The position numbers and the translations under genes were made by a program. Below the pieces are notes generated by a model. That model did no database searches, was not told the DNA's origin, and saw only the letters and a list, made by a program, of their open reading frames with translations. 64,000 nucleotides of DNA from an uncultured Actinomycetota bacterium. Its GTDB lineage: Bacteria; Actinomycetota; Actinomycetes; JAFAQI01. Where the stretch lies: positions 1 through 64,000 of the forward strand of contig CAVYQE010000008.1 in the NCBI GenBank assembly GCA_963770565.1, written 5' to 3'. Positions 8,801-18,500 of the stretch are shown in pieces. Within the stretch, counting starts at the first letter, position 1. Each line of letters opens with the position of its first letter.

Positions 8801-9546
8801 CTCGCAGGTGCCTGCAGCGCTTCCCGCTCGGCGGCGGAGGGCTCGTGCGGGACGATGATGTCGTCAGAGGTGGCCGCTGCATCCGGGTACAGCATGGCGA
8901 CCGCACCGACGGCGACCGCACCACCGACGAGCTGCATCAGCACGAACATCGGCACCGACGCGGGGGCGATGCCGGCGAAGGTGTTCGACAGCATCCGCGC
9001 GACATCGATCATCGGGTTGGCGAAACTCGTCGAGGACGACCACCAGTAAGCGGCGGTGATGTACGCACCGACGGCGAACGGCGCCAACGCTCCCCGTCCG
9101 GCGCGGACCAGTCCGAAGATCAACACGACAAGGCCGAACGTTGCCAGCGCTTCGGATAACCACAATCCACCGGAGGAGCGATGGTGAGTGGAGATGGTCA
9201 CCGCGTCCAGGCTGAACATCAGATTCGCGGCGACCGCACCAACGACACCGCCAGCTAACTGGGCCGGTAGGTACGTGGCGACCTGCCGGTTCGATACGCC
9301 GCCGAACACCCGGTCGGCGAGAGTCACGACAGGGTTGAAATGCCCGCCGGACACCGGGCCGAACGCGAGGATCAGGGCCACCAGGCCGGCGCCGGTGATC
9401 AGCGCGTTCTCCAACAGTTCCAGTCCGACGTCACTCGGGGACAGTCGTTGCGCGGCGATCCCCGAGCCGATCACGACCGTGACCAGCCCGGCCGAGCCGA
9501 GGAACTCCCCGAACGCCTGCCGTGCCAGCACCGGAATCCGTCTCAT
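8785..9546 (-). CDS. MIP/aquaporin family protein (AqpS-like arsenic channel)
   Basis: EFLGS, SGGHFNPVVT, STSFANPMID; ATG overlaps the stop of the upstream ArsR. Confidence 0.9.
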   Translation of the reverse strand: MRRIPVLARQAFGEFLGSAGLVTVVIGSGIAAQRLSPSDVGLELLENALITGAGLVALILAFGPVSGGHFNPVVTLADRVFGGVSNRQVATYLPAQLAGGVVGAVAANLMFSLDAVTISTHHRSSGGLWLSEALATFGLVVLIFGLVRAGRGALAPFAVGAYITAAYWWSSSTSFANPMIDVARMLSNTFAGIAPASVPMFVLMQLVGGAVAVGAVAMLYPDAAATSDDIIVPHEPSAAEREALQAPASRHPR

Positions 9547-9905
9547 CGACTGGCCACGGGCACGTCGAGCAGCCGGGACAACGCGGATAACGCGTCCGCG
9601 CGGGCGGTGTAGAACACCCAGGTGCCGCGCCGCTCCCGGCTGACCAGCCCGACGTCGTGCAGCACCTTGAGGTGATGGGAGATCGTCGGCTGGCTCACGT
9701 CGAAGCCCGGGGTCAGGTCGCACACGCACGCCTCGCCACCCTCGTAGGAGGCGATCCGGGAGAACAGCCGCAGGCGCACCGGGTCCGACAGCGCCTTCAG
9801 CAGCGGCGCGACCCGATCCGCTTGGTGTTCACTGAGCGGCTCGCGGACCAGCGGCGAGGCGCAGGCGGCCGCATCCACGGCTGACGGCGGCAAAGAATTC
9901 GACAC
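9543..9905 (-). CDS. arsR: ArsR/SmtB metalloregulator (Rv2642-like)
   Basis: LKALSDPVRLRL, EACVCDL, SQPTISHHLKVL; start GTG 9905 inferred. Confidence 0.9.
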   Translation of the reverse strand: MSNSLPPSAVDAAACASPLVREPLSEHQADRVAPLLKALSDPVRLRLFSRIASYEGGEACVCDLTPGFDVSQPTISHHLKVLHDVGLVSRERRGTWVFYTARADALSALSRLLDVPVASR

Positions 9906-9958
9906 CCGCCTATGTTGGCAGACATCGAAGTAGACCGCAATCGAAACAGTAGGTCGAC

Positions 9959-10312
9959 TCAGCAGCAGGTCGGGTCGAGCACCGCGCACAGCGCGGACAG
10001 CGAGTCGCGGCGTGCCCGGTAGTACACGTTCATCCCGCGTCGTTCGCCGTCGTCGACCAGCCCCGCCCGCTTCAGCACCGACAGGTGATGGCTGACCGTC
10101 GCCTCGGTCACCCCGACCGCCGGCGCCAAGTCACAGGTGCACACCTCGTCAGAGGCGAGCAATAGCGACATCAGTCGTACCCGCACCGGGTCCGCAAGCG
10201 CCTTGAGTCGCAGCGCGACCTCCAGTGCGGCGTCGTTGGTCATCGGTGCACTCGCCACCGGCGCGCAACAGATCGGCGCCGTGGTATCGATCACCGGCAA
10301 GGCCTTAGGCAT
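9959..10312 (-). CDS. Rv2640c-family ArsR-like regulator
   Basis: MPKALPVID..APICCAP, EVCTCDL, C-terminal CC. Confidence 0.9.
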   Translation of the reverse strand: MPKALPVIDTTAPICCAPVASAPMTNDAALEVALRLKALADPVRVRLMSLLLASDEVCTCDLAPAVGVTEATVSHHLSVLKRAGLVDDGERRGMNVYYRARRDSLSALCAVLDPTCC

Positions 10313-10333
10313 GGACCCATCCTGCCGACCTCC

Positions 10334-10347
10334 TTGACATATGTCAA
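10334..10347. promoter_or_regulatory. Palindromic operator between the divergent ArsR-like and arsI/cadI genes
   Basis: Perfect 14-bp palindrome TTGACATATGTCAA containing a TTGACA -35. Confidence 0.75.
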
Positions 10348-10406
10348 AGAGCATGGCAGCCTCGGCTGCACTAGTTAGATGAATGTCGAAGGCCTCGGAG
10401 GTCCGC

Positions 10407-10874
10407 ATGTCCCGCGTCCAGCTCGCGCTCAACGTCGATGACCTCGACACCGCGATCGAGTTCTACTCCAAGCTGTTCGGTGCCGCGCCGGCCAAGACTC
10501 GACCTGGCTACGCCAACTTCGCCGTCGCCGACCCGCCGCTCAAGCTCGTTCTGCTCGAGAACCCCGGTCAGGGCGGCACGCTCAACCACCTCGGTGTCGA
10601 GGTCGAGTCCACCGACGTCGTCGACACCGAGCAGACCCGCCTCGCCTCGGTCGGGCTTGCCTCCATCGACGAGCGCGGCACCACCTGCTGCTACGCCAAG
10701 CAAGACAAGTTCTGGGTGGAAGGCACCCCGAGCGGCGAACGCTGGGAGATCTACACCGTCCTCGCCGACAGCGACACCTTCGCCGAGCCCACCGCCACCG
10801 GCGAGACCTGCTGCGGCACCGAGCTCGGTGGCATCGATGACCCTGCAGCGGCGACGCCGTCCGCCTGCTGCTGA
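10407..10874 (+). CDS. ArsI/CadI family VOC metalloenzyme (C-As lyase-like)
   Basis: MSRVQLALNV, GGTLNHLGVEV, TTCCYAKQDKFWV. Confidence 0.92.
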   Translation: MSRVQLALNVDDLDTAIEFYSKLFGAAPAKTRPGYANFAVADPPLKLVLLENPGQGGTLNHLGVEVESTDVVDTEQTRLASVGLASIDERGTTCCYAKQDKFWVEGTPSGERWEIYTVLADSDTFAEPTATGETCCGTELGGIDDPAAATPSACC

Positions 10875-11071
10875 CTCTGAGGTCAACGCAGCCGTCGCGG
10901 AACTCGACACGGTGCTCCTTTACCCGCAACGGGTGGGCTACGCGACGATGTCGCCCCTGACCTCACATGCGACGGCGAGGGTGTCGAAGATCGTTCCGTG
11001 ACGGCAGATGTTGTGGTGGAGCAGCCGAAACGCCATCTCCTGTAGAGAGGCGCGCCGTCTCCTTCTCAACG

Positions 11072-12229
11072 TCACCCACTGCGCACCGATGTCCCGGCAG
11101 TAGCGCCAGCGTCCACGTCCGGCTCATCGGCGTGGACAGCGGCGCGTTGTGGCCAGCTAAGCCGCCCCCTCAGCCACAGCGCGACGTACACCAGGCCGAC
11201 GAGGACGGGCACCTCGATGAGCGGCCCGACGACGCCGGCGAGCGCCTGGCCTGATGTGACCCCGAACACGCCGATCGCGACCGCGATCGCGAGCTCGAAG
11301 TCGTTGCTCGCCGCGCTGAACGACAACGCCGCGGTGCGTTCGTAGGTCAGGTGCAGCCGACGAGAGATCGCGAACGCGCCGAACCACATGATCGCGAAGT
11401 AGGCGAGCAACGGCAACGCGATCCGCACGACGTCGAGCGGTTGTGCGGTGATCGTGTGGCCCTGCAACGCGAACAACACGACGACGGTGAACAGCAGCCC
11501 GTACAGCGCAATCGGCGCGATACGCGGTAGGAACTTTCCCTCGTACCATTCGCGGCCGCGGCGGCGCTCTCCGACGGTGCGGGTGAGGTAGCCGGCGACC
11601 AGCGGTACGCCGAGAAAGATGGCCACCGTCTTGGCGATCGTGGCCAGAGACACCGTCAGGCTCGCGGTGTCCAGACCGAGCCAATCCGGCAGCACCTTGA
11701 GGTAGAAAACTCCGAGCGCGGCATAGAACAGCACCTGGAACAGGGCGTTGAGTGCGACGAGGACGGCGGCCATCTCCCGGTCACCGCGCGCAAGGTCGTT
11801 CCAGATCAGCACCATCGCGATACAGCGGGCGAGCCCGACGAGAATCACTCCGGTGCGGTAGGCGGGCTGATCGGGAAGCAGCAGCCAGGCGAGGGTGAAC
11901 ATGACCATTGGGCCGACGAGCCAGTTGAGGATTAGCGAGGTGACCATCATCCGGCGGTCGGCGGTGATAAGACGCACCTGGTTGTAACGGACCTTCGCCA
12001 GTACCGGGTACATCATCAGCAGCAGGCCGAGCGCGATCGGCAATGACGTCTGCCCGATCTTCACGGTGTCTAGTGCGTCGTTCAGTCCGGGGATCAGCCG
12101 GCCGAGCAGCAGTCCGGCGACCATCGCCAGAGCGATCCACATGGGCAGTAAACGGTCGACGGCCGACAGTCGCGCGACGACAGCCGTCTCCTGGGGCGCC
12201 TTCGGGGTGGCGCCGAGGCGGGTGCTCAT
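11072..12229 (-). CDS. acr3: ACR3 family arsenite efflux transporter
   Basis: MMYPVLAKV, GLARCIAMV, NDFELAIAV, GPLIEVPVL. Confidence 0.95.
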   Translation of the reverse strand: MSTRLGATPKAPQETAVVARLSAVDRLLPMWIALAMVAGLLLGRLIPGLNDALDTVKIGQTSLPIALGLLLMMYPVLAKVRYNQVRLITADRRMMVTSLILNWLVGPMVMFTLAWLLLPDQPAYRTGVILVGLARCIAMVLIWNDLARGDREMAAVLVALNALFQVLFYAALGVFYLKVLPDWLGLDTASLTVSLATIAKTVAIFLGVPLVAGYLTRTVGERRRGREWYEGKFLPRIAPIALYGLLFTVVVLFALQGHTITAQPLDVVRIALPLLAYFAIMWFGAFAISRRLHLTYERTAALSFSAASNDFELAIAVAIGVFGVTSGQALAGVVGPLIEVPVLVGLVYVALWLRGRLSWPQRAAVHADEPDVDAGATAGTSVRSG

Positions 12230-12232
12230 GGT

Positions 12233-12484
12233 TCAAGCCGTCACTCGGGGCCGCTTCGCCTGCGCGGCAGGACGAGCGGCGGCGTCCTGGGCGTGCGTGC
12301 ACACGGCGCAGCGCACTACCCTGGCCGGCGGCTCAACGGCGATGATGCGGTTGACCACGGCGGACGTCGTCAGCCAGCGCGGATTGACATGCGCGTGCTC
12401 GAGGCACACCCCGGCACCGCACCCGACGCAGATTGCCACGGCGTTGCTCACCACACCATGCATGGCGCAGTCGAAACAGGTCAT
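12233..12484 (-). CDS. DUF2180-like Cys-rich small protein
   Basis: CxxC...CxxCGAGVCxxH...CxxC; 3 bp upstream of acr3. Confidence 0.75.
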   Translation of the reverse strand: MTCFDCAMHGVVSNAVAICVGCGAGVCLEHAHVNPRWLTTSAVVNRIIAVEPPARVVRCAVCTHAQDAAARPAAQAKRPRVTA

Positions 12485-12841
12485 ATCTGTACCCCTAAGT
12501 GGGATCCCAACCGCTCATGCGAACGTCACCGGTTGCTCCCCGCCGGGTGCTATGGAGACGCTGGCGATCGGTGAATGCCATACCGCCGATGTAAGCCTCA
12601 GATTGGCTTGAGGCACAGAGGCCAAGGTCCCGCGAGGATGCACCCTTCGTCGGGTCGCCTGCCCCGAGCCCGGTCGAGGCGACTCGCGAGGCAGATGTCC
12701 CGGCCACCCGAGTAACCATGACGGCCTCGGTCTCCAACAACCGGCCGGTGTGGCCACAGCCGTGTGGTAGCACGAACTGCTGGCAGTTTGGCTACCGGAG
12801 TCGAATTTCAGGCTCGCCGGGCTAGATCAAGATCGTTGATC

Positions 12842-12977
12842 ATGGTGCTGACCCTGCGCCACGCCGCGGACGACCCTCGCCGTCTACACCCATCCCGTGA
12901 TGGCGAGCGCGAGCGCGGGCCTCGCACGCGCCGGCAAGATCCTCGATACGTCCGGCGCTGACGCGGCGGGGGAGTAG
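12842..12977 (+). pseudogene. Possible tyrosine integrase C-terminal remnant
   Basis: LRHAA then, one frame over, TTLAVYTH...; arm-like repeat just upstream (12778-12796). Confidence 0.45.
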
Positions 12978-12990
12978 CCCACTGGCCGCT

Positions 12991-13413
12991 TCAACCGTCG
13001 AGGCTTGCGAGGAACTCGGCGGGCGTGAGCACCTTCACAGGAAGCTCGCTGGCTGGTGCGGTGAGGTGAGGATCGCCGGAAACGATCACGCTTGCCTCGG
13101 CCGCGAGTGACAGCGCGACCAGATAGTCGTCATCGGGGTCTGCGGTCACGGCGGGTGGGTTCGGCGGATCGGCGTAAAGGTCGACCACCTGCCTGATCGC
13201 GGCGGTGAACTCCGCAGCCTCGTCGGCGGAGATCCAGCGACGAAATTTCGGGCGCTGCAGGACCTCACTCAGCTCGGCTAGCAGAAGGGGCGAGGCGACG
13301 ATGGTCCAGCGGCCGTCTAGAGCTGCCGATAGCAGCCGGCCGCACACGCCAGCCGGCGCGATGACCGCCGCGACCAAGACGTTGGTATCGGCAACGACCC
13401 GAGGGCTCGCCAT
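12991..13413 (-). CDS. PIN-domain toxin (VapC-like)
   Basis: VVADTNVLV, DPDDDYLV, IVSGDPHL. Confidence 0.9.
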   Translation of the reverse strand: MASPRVVADTNVLVAAVIAPAGVCGRLLSAALDGRWTIVASPLLLAELSEVLQRPKFRRWISADEAAEFTAAIRQVVDLYADPPNPPAVTADPDDDYLVALSLAAEASVIVSGDPHLTAPASELPVKVLTPAEFLASLDG

Positions 13414-13686
13414 CTATTTGGCGGCGCTTCGCTTCCGGCGCGAGGACACCTCAGCTACTGCAATTTCCATCGCTTCATCGTCGTCGGTGATGGGCTCGCG
13501 CTCGGTAACTCGTTGCAGTAACGCGCGAATCTCTGTCGCTGCGTCTCTTGCCCCGTCGGATTGGAGGTAGGCACGAATCGCGTCGCTGACGACGTCGCTC
13601 TCCGATCGCGCCGAACTCGCCGCGACCATCTTGGTCGCAGCCAGCAGATCCTCGTCGAGGTAGAGCGTCGTCTTGCGTCGGGACAT
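13414..13686 (-). CDS. RHH/CopG-type antitoxin
   Basis: RKTTLYLDEDL...SESDVVSDAIRAYL; abuts the PIN gene. Confidence 0.85.
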   Translation of the reverse strand: MSRRKTTLYLDEDLLAATKMVAASSARSESDVVSDAIRAYLQSDGARDAATEIRALLQRVTEREPITDDDEAMEIAVAEVSSRRKRSAAK

Positions 13687-13692
13687 GAACCC

Positions 13693-13736
13693 AGTGTCCT
13701 CGCACTGCCGTTATCCCGTCAAGCCGGTATAACGGC
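13693..13736 (-). promoter_or_regulatory. Leaderless TA promoter with inverted-repeat operator
   Basis: TTGACG-18-GACACT-6-ATG on the minus strand; GCCGTTAT (13707) / ATAACGGC (13729) flank the -35. Confidence 0.6.
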
Positions 13737-14019
13737 GAGACGCAGGAGTGGTTGATCGAATGACACGCCCGACCGCGTTGCACTTTCTCAGCCACAAAGC
13801 CAACAACAGCTCGGCCCATCGTTCGGGGGCCAACACCGGCGCGAGCGCCGCTCCGCCGGATCGAACGGCCCCAGCGCAGTATGGAACCCGACCACCACTA
13901 CCGCGGCCTCACACACGACCACGGGCTCGACCAAGGACGCGACATGGGCCGCGGACGATAACAACGACCTATTCGACGGCCCGGGACCCACACGAATCGC
14001 TCCGAGCCGGCGCTATCGC

Positions 14020-14241
14020 TCAGCCAGTGGCAAGCATCTTCTGTACTGCTTGGCGCGTCACGCCCATCTCGCGGGCGATGTCGGACTGCGAGTACCCGCG
14101 GTCTAGAAGTTGGCTGATCAGTGTCTTGCGCTGACCTGACAGTTCGCGCGCAAGTCGTGCGTGCGCAAGAGCATTAGCGCGAACCTCATTCAGCTTCTGA
14201 AACTCCGCGCGGTCCTGTGCGGCGACTGGTCGAGGCGTCAT
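14020..14241 (-). CDS. Small HTH DNA-binding protein
   Basis: GYSQSDIAREMGVTRQAVQKML HTH; start lies inside the IS target duplication. Confidence 0.8.
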   Translation of the reverse strand: MTPRPVAAQDRAEFQKLNEVRANALAHARLARELSGQRKTLISQLLDRGYSQSDIAREMGVTRQAVQKMLATG

Positions 14242-14254
14242 CTGCCCATCATGA

Positions 14255-15903
14255 CCTGACTTGGGCCACATTTTGGTGGTCGGTGGTGGCGTAGGCGCTT
14301 GACCTGCAGGTTTGCTGGTGGGCGGTGACGGATTTGCACACTAATTCTGGGCTCGTAAGGTCCTCGTGTGGTGTATGTGCGGACCGTGAAGACGGCGTCG
14401 GGCGCGACGGCGGTGCAGATCGTGCACTCCACGCGGCGCGGCTCGCGAGATGTTGAGCATCTGGGTTCGGCGCATACCCCGGAGCAGGTCGAGGCGCTGA
14501 AAGCTGTTGCCCGGCAACGAATCGAGGCCGGGCAAGCGCACCTCGATCTCGGCCTGGACCTCGCGGCTGCGGCTGCCGCAGGTGGCCCGCTGGAGATCAC
14601 CGGCTCGCGGATGGGGCATCTGTGGGACGCGCTGTCCGGCTGCTACGACACGCTCGGGTTCGACACGGCGGCTGGCGGCGATGAGGTGTTCCGGCAGCTC
14701 GTGCTGGCCCGGATCATCGAGCCGACCAGTAAAGAGGACAGCATCCGGGTGATCGAGGAGACCGGAACCTCGGCCTGCTCCTACCGCACGATCAAACGGC
14801 GGCTACCGACCTATGCCACCACGGCCTGGCGGGACCGGCTCGCGAAGGCCTGCGCCACCCGGGCCGCGATCGGCCCAGCGAGCCTGGTGCTCTACGACGT
14901 GACAACGCTGTATTTCGAGACCGACACCGGTGACGGGTTCCGGGAGCCTGGCTATTCCAAGGAACGCCGGTTGGAGCCGCAGATCACCGTCGGTCTGCTC
15001 ACCGACGCGACCGGTTTCCCGCTGGCGTTACAGGCCTTCGAAGGCAACCGGGCCGAGACCGCCACGATGCTCCCGACGATCGAAGCGTTCATGACCGCCT
15101 ACCAGCTTCGTGACGTCACCGTCGTCGCGGACGCAGGCATGGTCTCGGAGAAAAACCGCAAGGCGATCGAGGCGGCCGGGTTGTCGTTCATCCTCGGGAT
15201 GAAGATCCCGGACATCCCGTGGGTCGTCACCGACTGGCATGAGCGCCATCCCGGTGTCGAGGTCAGCGACGGGCAGATCTTCACCCAGCCGTGGCCGGCA
15301 CCGAACGAGACTCGCCGCGACCAGGTCATCTACTACCAGTACCGCTCCGACCGGGCGCGACGGACGCTACGCGGCATCGACGAGCAGGTGAGCAAAGCCG
15401 AGAAAGCCGTCGCGGGGAAGATCCCGGTCAAACGCAACCGGTTCATCACCATCACCGGCGCGACCAAGACAGTGAACCGAAAACTCGAGGCGAAGGCTCG
15501 TGGTCTGGCCGGGTTCAAGGGCTACATCACCAACATCGAGGACCCGAACCCGGAGTTCGTGATCGGCGCCTACCACCAGCTCTGGCACATCGAGAAGTCG
15601 TTCCGGATGAGCAAACACGACCTGCGGGCCCGCCCGATCTACCACCACAAGCGTGAATCGATCGATGCGCACCTGGCCATCGTGTTCGCAGCATTGGCGA
15701 TCACTCGGCATCTCGAAACCGCGACCGGCTGGTCGATCAAGAAGTTCGTCCGGACCTCCCGCCGCTACCGGACCGTCCAGATCCGCGTCGGCAAACACAC
15801 CGTCACGGCCGAAGACCCACTCCCCGACGACCTACGCGACGCCCTCACCGCGATCAGTTAACTGGCCCGGCTGGCCATGCACACTAATTTGGCCCGAGTC
15901 GGG
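14255..15903 (+). mobile_element. IS1634/IS1549-family insertion sequence with 42-bp target duplication
   Basis: IRL CCTGACTTGGGCCA, IRR(rc) CCCGACTCGGGCCA; identical repeats at 14213-14254 and 15904-15945. Confidence 0.93.
14368..15861 (+). CDS. IS1634-family DDE transposase
   Basis: YVRTVKTASGATAVQIV, LYDVTTLYFE, VVADAGM, YHQLWHIEKSFRMSK. Confidence 0.95.
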   Translation: MVYVRTVKTASGATAVQIVHSTRRGSRDVEHLGSAHTPEQVEALKAVARQRIEAGQAHLDLGLDLAAAAAAGGPLEITGSRMGHLWDALSGCYDTLGFDTAAGGDEVFRQLVLARIIEPTSKEDSIRVIEETGTSACSYRTIKRRLPTYATTAWRDRLAKACATRAAIGPASLVLYDVTTLYFETDTGDGFREPGYSKERRLEPQITVGLLTDATGFPLALQAFEGNRAETATMLPTIEAFMTAYQLRDVTVVADAGMVSEKNRKAIEAAGLSFILGMKIPDIPWVVTDWHERHPGVEVSDGQIFTQPWPAPNETRRDQVIYYQYRSDRARRTLRGIDEQVSKAEKAVAGKIPVKRNRFITITGATKTVNRKLEAKARGLAGFKGYITNIEDPNPEFVIGAYHQLWHIEKSFRMSKHDLRARPIYHHKRESIDAHLAIVFAALAITRHLETATGWSIKKFVRTSRRYRTVQIRVGKHTVTAEDPLPDDLRDALTAIS

Positions 15904-16133
15904 TCCTGTGCGGCGACTGGTCGAGGCGTCATCTGCCCATCATGACAACTGCCGGTTGTCACATCAACTACAGGTTGTCAATCGCATCACAGAATGCCGC
16001 TCTTCGGGACTGGCGCCCGCCGCCAGGCGGCAGACGCTAATGGCCGCTTACGTCGCCTCGCAAGAACGAATCGCCCTGCGAACGGTCGTGCCGGCGGAAG
16101 TTACCTGCTTGCGGTGCTCGGGCCGAAGTGCTG

Positions 16134-16400
16134 CTAGGTGTGCTCGAAGTAGGGGTATCCCTTGGTGTCGAAGCCATACAGGGTGAGTGCGTCCAGGCTG
16201 CCGTCCCCGTACAGGGTGACGGCGTAGGCAAAGCGCGCGTGGTAGTCACGACGCCCGACCTTGACAACCTTGAGATCGACAGTGAAGTTGTGAACCGCCC
16301 TGGGTTGCTTGGAGGCTCCGGCTGATTGCCAGTCGCCGTTAGGTGGATCTAGATCGACCGTGACCCTGCCTGTTGTGAGCCGTGAGCCGGTATTGGCCTG
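16134..16400 (-). pseudogene. Probable 3' fragment of an unknown gene
   Basis: Protein-like ORF with no room for its own promoter or start (abuts the divergent regulator); 5' boundary approximate. Confidence 0.35.
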
Positions 16401-16434
16401 CGCCCCCTCGGGATGATTCGTCACAATGAGGGTG

Positions 16435-18429
16435 ATGACTCACGGGTGGACATTGGCGCGGGTCGCCTCATTGACTTCGGCCGAGGCCCTCACGGAGCCG
16501 CTCGATCGTTTCGTCGACATTGTCGAGGTCGCAAGCGATGAAGCGCTCGCCGCCCATCCGCGCGCGCTGCTCCACCTGGCGCGTGCGCTTGAGCCGGCTC
16601 AGCGATTGACCAGGCGAAGCGCCGCCCTCGACCGGCTCGCCGGGCTGATCGGTGCGGAGGACCGTCTGCACCTGGAGATCAGTGCGGAGCGGGCGATCGA
16701 CCTGGCCCGTAGCGGCGAGCTCGACATTCCTGAGCAGATAGCTCGTGATGTCCTCGCAGCGAGGGTCACCAACGATCTGGTCGCGCGGGCCCGCGCACGC
16801 GAGGCACTCGGGCGGGTCCTCGCCTGGCGAGGGGACGAGATGTCGGCCCGGGCCGCGTCCCGCACGCTGCTTGAGGCGGCGGAGGAGTACGCCGCGCTCG
16901 GCTGCACCGAGTGGCAGGCGTTCGCCCTCTTCTGGCGTGGGAACTCCGTGTTCTACCAGCGCGGTGACCTCGCTGCCGCGGAGGCCGCGATGCGCGAGGC
17001 GCTGGACATGTTTGCTCCGCACAGCCCGCGGCGGGGTGTGGTGCTCACGTTCCTCTCCGAGATCCTGACGATGCGGGGCGACTGGGCCGGAGTCGACGGG
17101 CTACTGGACGAGGCCGCGGAGCTCGCCGATCGCCATGATGATGCTGTCGTTCGGGCATACGCCAGCTGGCAGTACGCCCGCATCGCGTCAATAACCGGCG
17201 ATGCCGAGGGCACCGAGCGGTTTCTCGCCGAGACCGAGCGGCACCGGGCAGACTGGTTCGACTTCACCAGCGGCTCAACCTACCTCGCTGACGCCGCCGA
17301 GCTGCTCGACCGGGTAGGTCGCCGTGATGCGGCCGAGGACTATCTTCGTCGGGCCGTTGAGCGCGGTCCGGACGACGAGTTCGTCCTTCAGGCTCAAGCG
17401 TCGCTACTCGCCAGGCGAGGCGACCCGGTTCAAGCGCTCGCGGCGCTCCGCGCGCTCACCCGCGCGCCATGGCTCGAGGTTCGGCTCACCTGGCGGCGTA
17501 CGGTGCTGAGCGCCTATGCCAGCCTGAGGGCTGGCTACCCGGATGCCGGAATGCTTGCCGCGCGCGCCCTTGAGCAGGCTGCCGAGCTCGGTGACCCAAG
17601 GATTGCGTTGATCGGCGAATCCGAGCTGACGTCCGTGCTGCTCCCTTTGGCCGCATCGGCCGGGTCGCCGATCGCGGAACTACTCCTCGCGCCGCCCGGC
17701 GGGTTCATCGTGCGACTACTCGGGCACGCATCGGTGCGGCGGGACGGCGCCGACGTCGCGATGCCGGCAGGCGTCGCCGGCGCGGTCGTCCGGCTGATCG
17801 CGCTGCACCCGGGCGGCCTCGATGTCGAGGTCGTCGTCGACACTTTCTGGCCTGACCTGCCCGCCGCGGACGGTCGTCGCCGGCTGCGCAGCGCACTCGG
17901 GCGGCTGCGCAGCCGGGCCGGTGAGCTCATCGTCCGCGACCAGTCGCGGCTGAGCCTGGCCGACAGCTGGGTGGATGCGTGGGCGTTTCGTGTCGCGGCG
18001 GACCGTGCAATGGCCGGCGTCGGGCAGACTCGCGGTCCGCTTGCCGCGGCGGCGCTCGCGCTGTGGACCGGCGAGCTACTTCCTACCGACCCGTACGAGT
18101 CGTGGGCGGTCGGACCTCGCGAGCAGCTGCGCCGGCGACGGATCGAGCTGCTCGACCTGGTCGCCGACGAGGCCGCCGCTCGTGGTTCGCTCGACGAGGC
18201 AAGATTCGCCCTCGAGCAGGCGATCGAGGCGGACCCGTACGACGACACCCGCTACGTCAAGGTCGCCGGTCACTTGATGGCGCTCGGCCGTCGTGAGCCG
18301 GCCCGGCGGATGCTCCAACGCGCGGTTGCGGCGCTCGCCGATCTCGGTCTCGAACCGAGCCCGGACATCCGCCGCGCAATGGTCGAGCTCGCGCTCGCGC
18401 CGGTGAGCCCTGGCCGTACGAGCAACTAG
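16435..18429 (+). CDS. Transcriptional activator: N-terminal TPR-like region, C-terminal wHTH plus BTAD (SARP/DnrI-like)
   Basis: VRLLG...LIALHP...FWPD...LRSALGRLR...WVDAWAF...ALWTGELLP..PYESW...DPYDD...LGLEPSP; no Walker A seen; CACAAT -10 before a leaderless ATG. Confidence 0.85.
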   Translation: MTHGWTLARVASLTSAEALTEPLDRFVDIVEVASDEALAAHPRALLHLARALEPAQRLTRRSAALDRLAGLIGAEDRLHLEISAERAIDLARSGELDIPEQIARDVLAARVTNDLVARARAREALGRVLAWRGDEMSARAASRTLLEAAEEYAALGCTEWQAFALFWRGNSVFYQRGDLAAAEAAMREALDMFAPHSPRRGVVLTFLSEILTMRGDWAGVDGLLDEAAELADRHDDAVVRAYASWQYARIASITGDAEGTERFLAETERHRADWFDFTSGSTYLADAAELLDRVGRRDAAEDYLRRAVERGPDDEFVLQAQASLLARRGDPVQALAALRALTRAPWLEVRLTWRRTVLSAYASLRAGYPDAGMLAARALEQAAELGDPRIALIGESELTSVLLPLAASAGSPIAELLLAPPGGFIVRLLGHASVRRDGADVAMPAGVAGAVVRLIALHPGGLDVEVVVDTFWPDLPAADGRRRLRSALGRLRSRAGELIVRDQSRLSLADSWVDAWAFRVAADRAMAGVGQTRGPLAAAALALWTGELLPTDPYESWAVGPREQLRRRRIELLDLVADEAAARGSLDEARFALEQAIEADPYDDTRYVKVAGHLMALGRREPARRMLQRAVAALADLGLEPSPDIRRAMVELALAPVSPGRTSN

Positions 18430-18500
18430 TCCGTTCCGACCGGCCGCCGACTAGCCCAGCACGGGACGGCGGCGCAACGTCTCGCCGCGACGCTTGGCGG

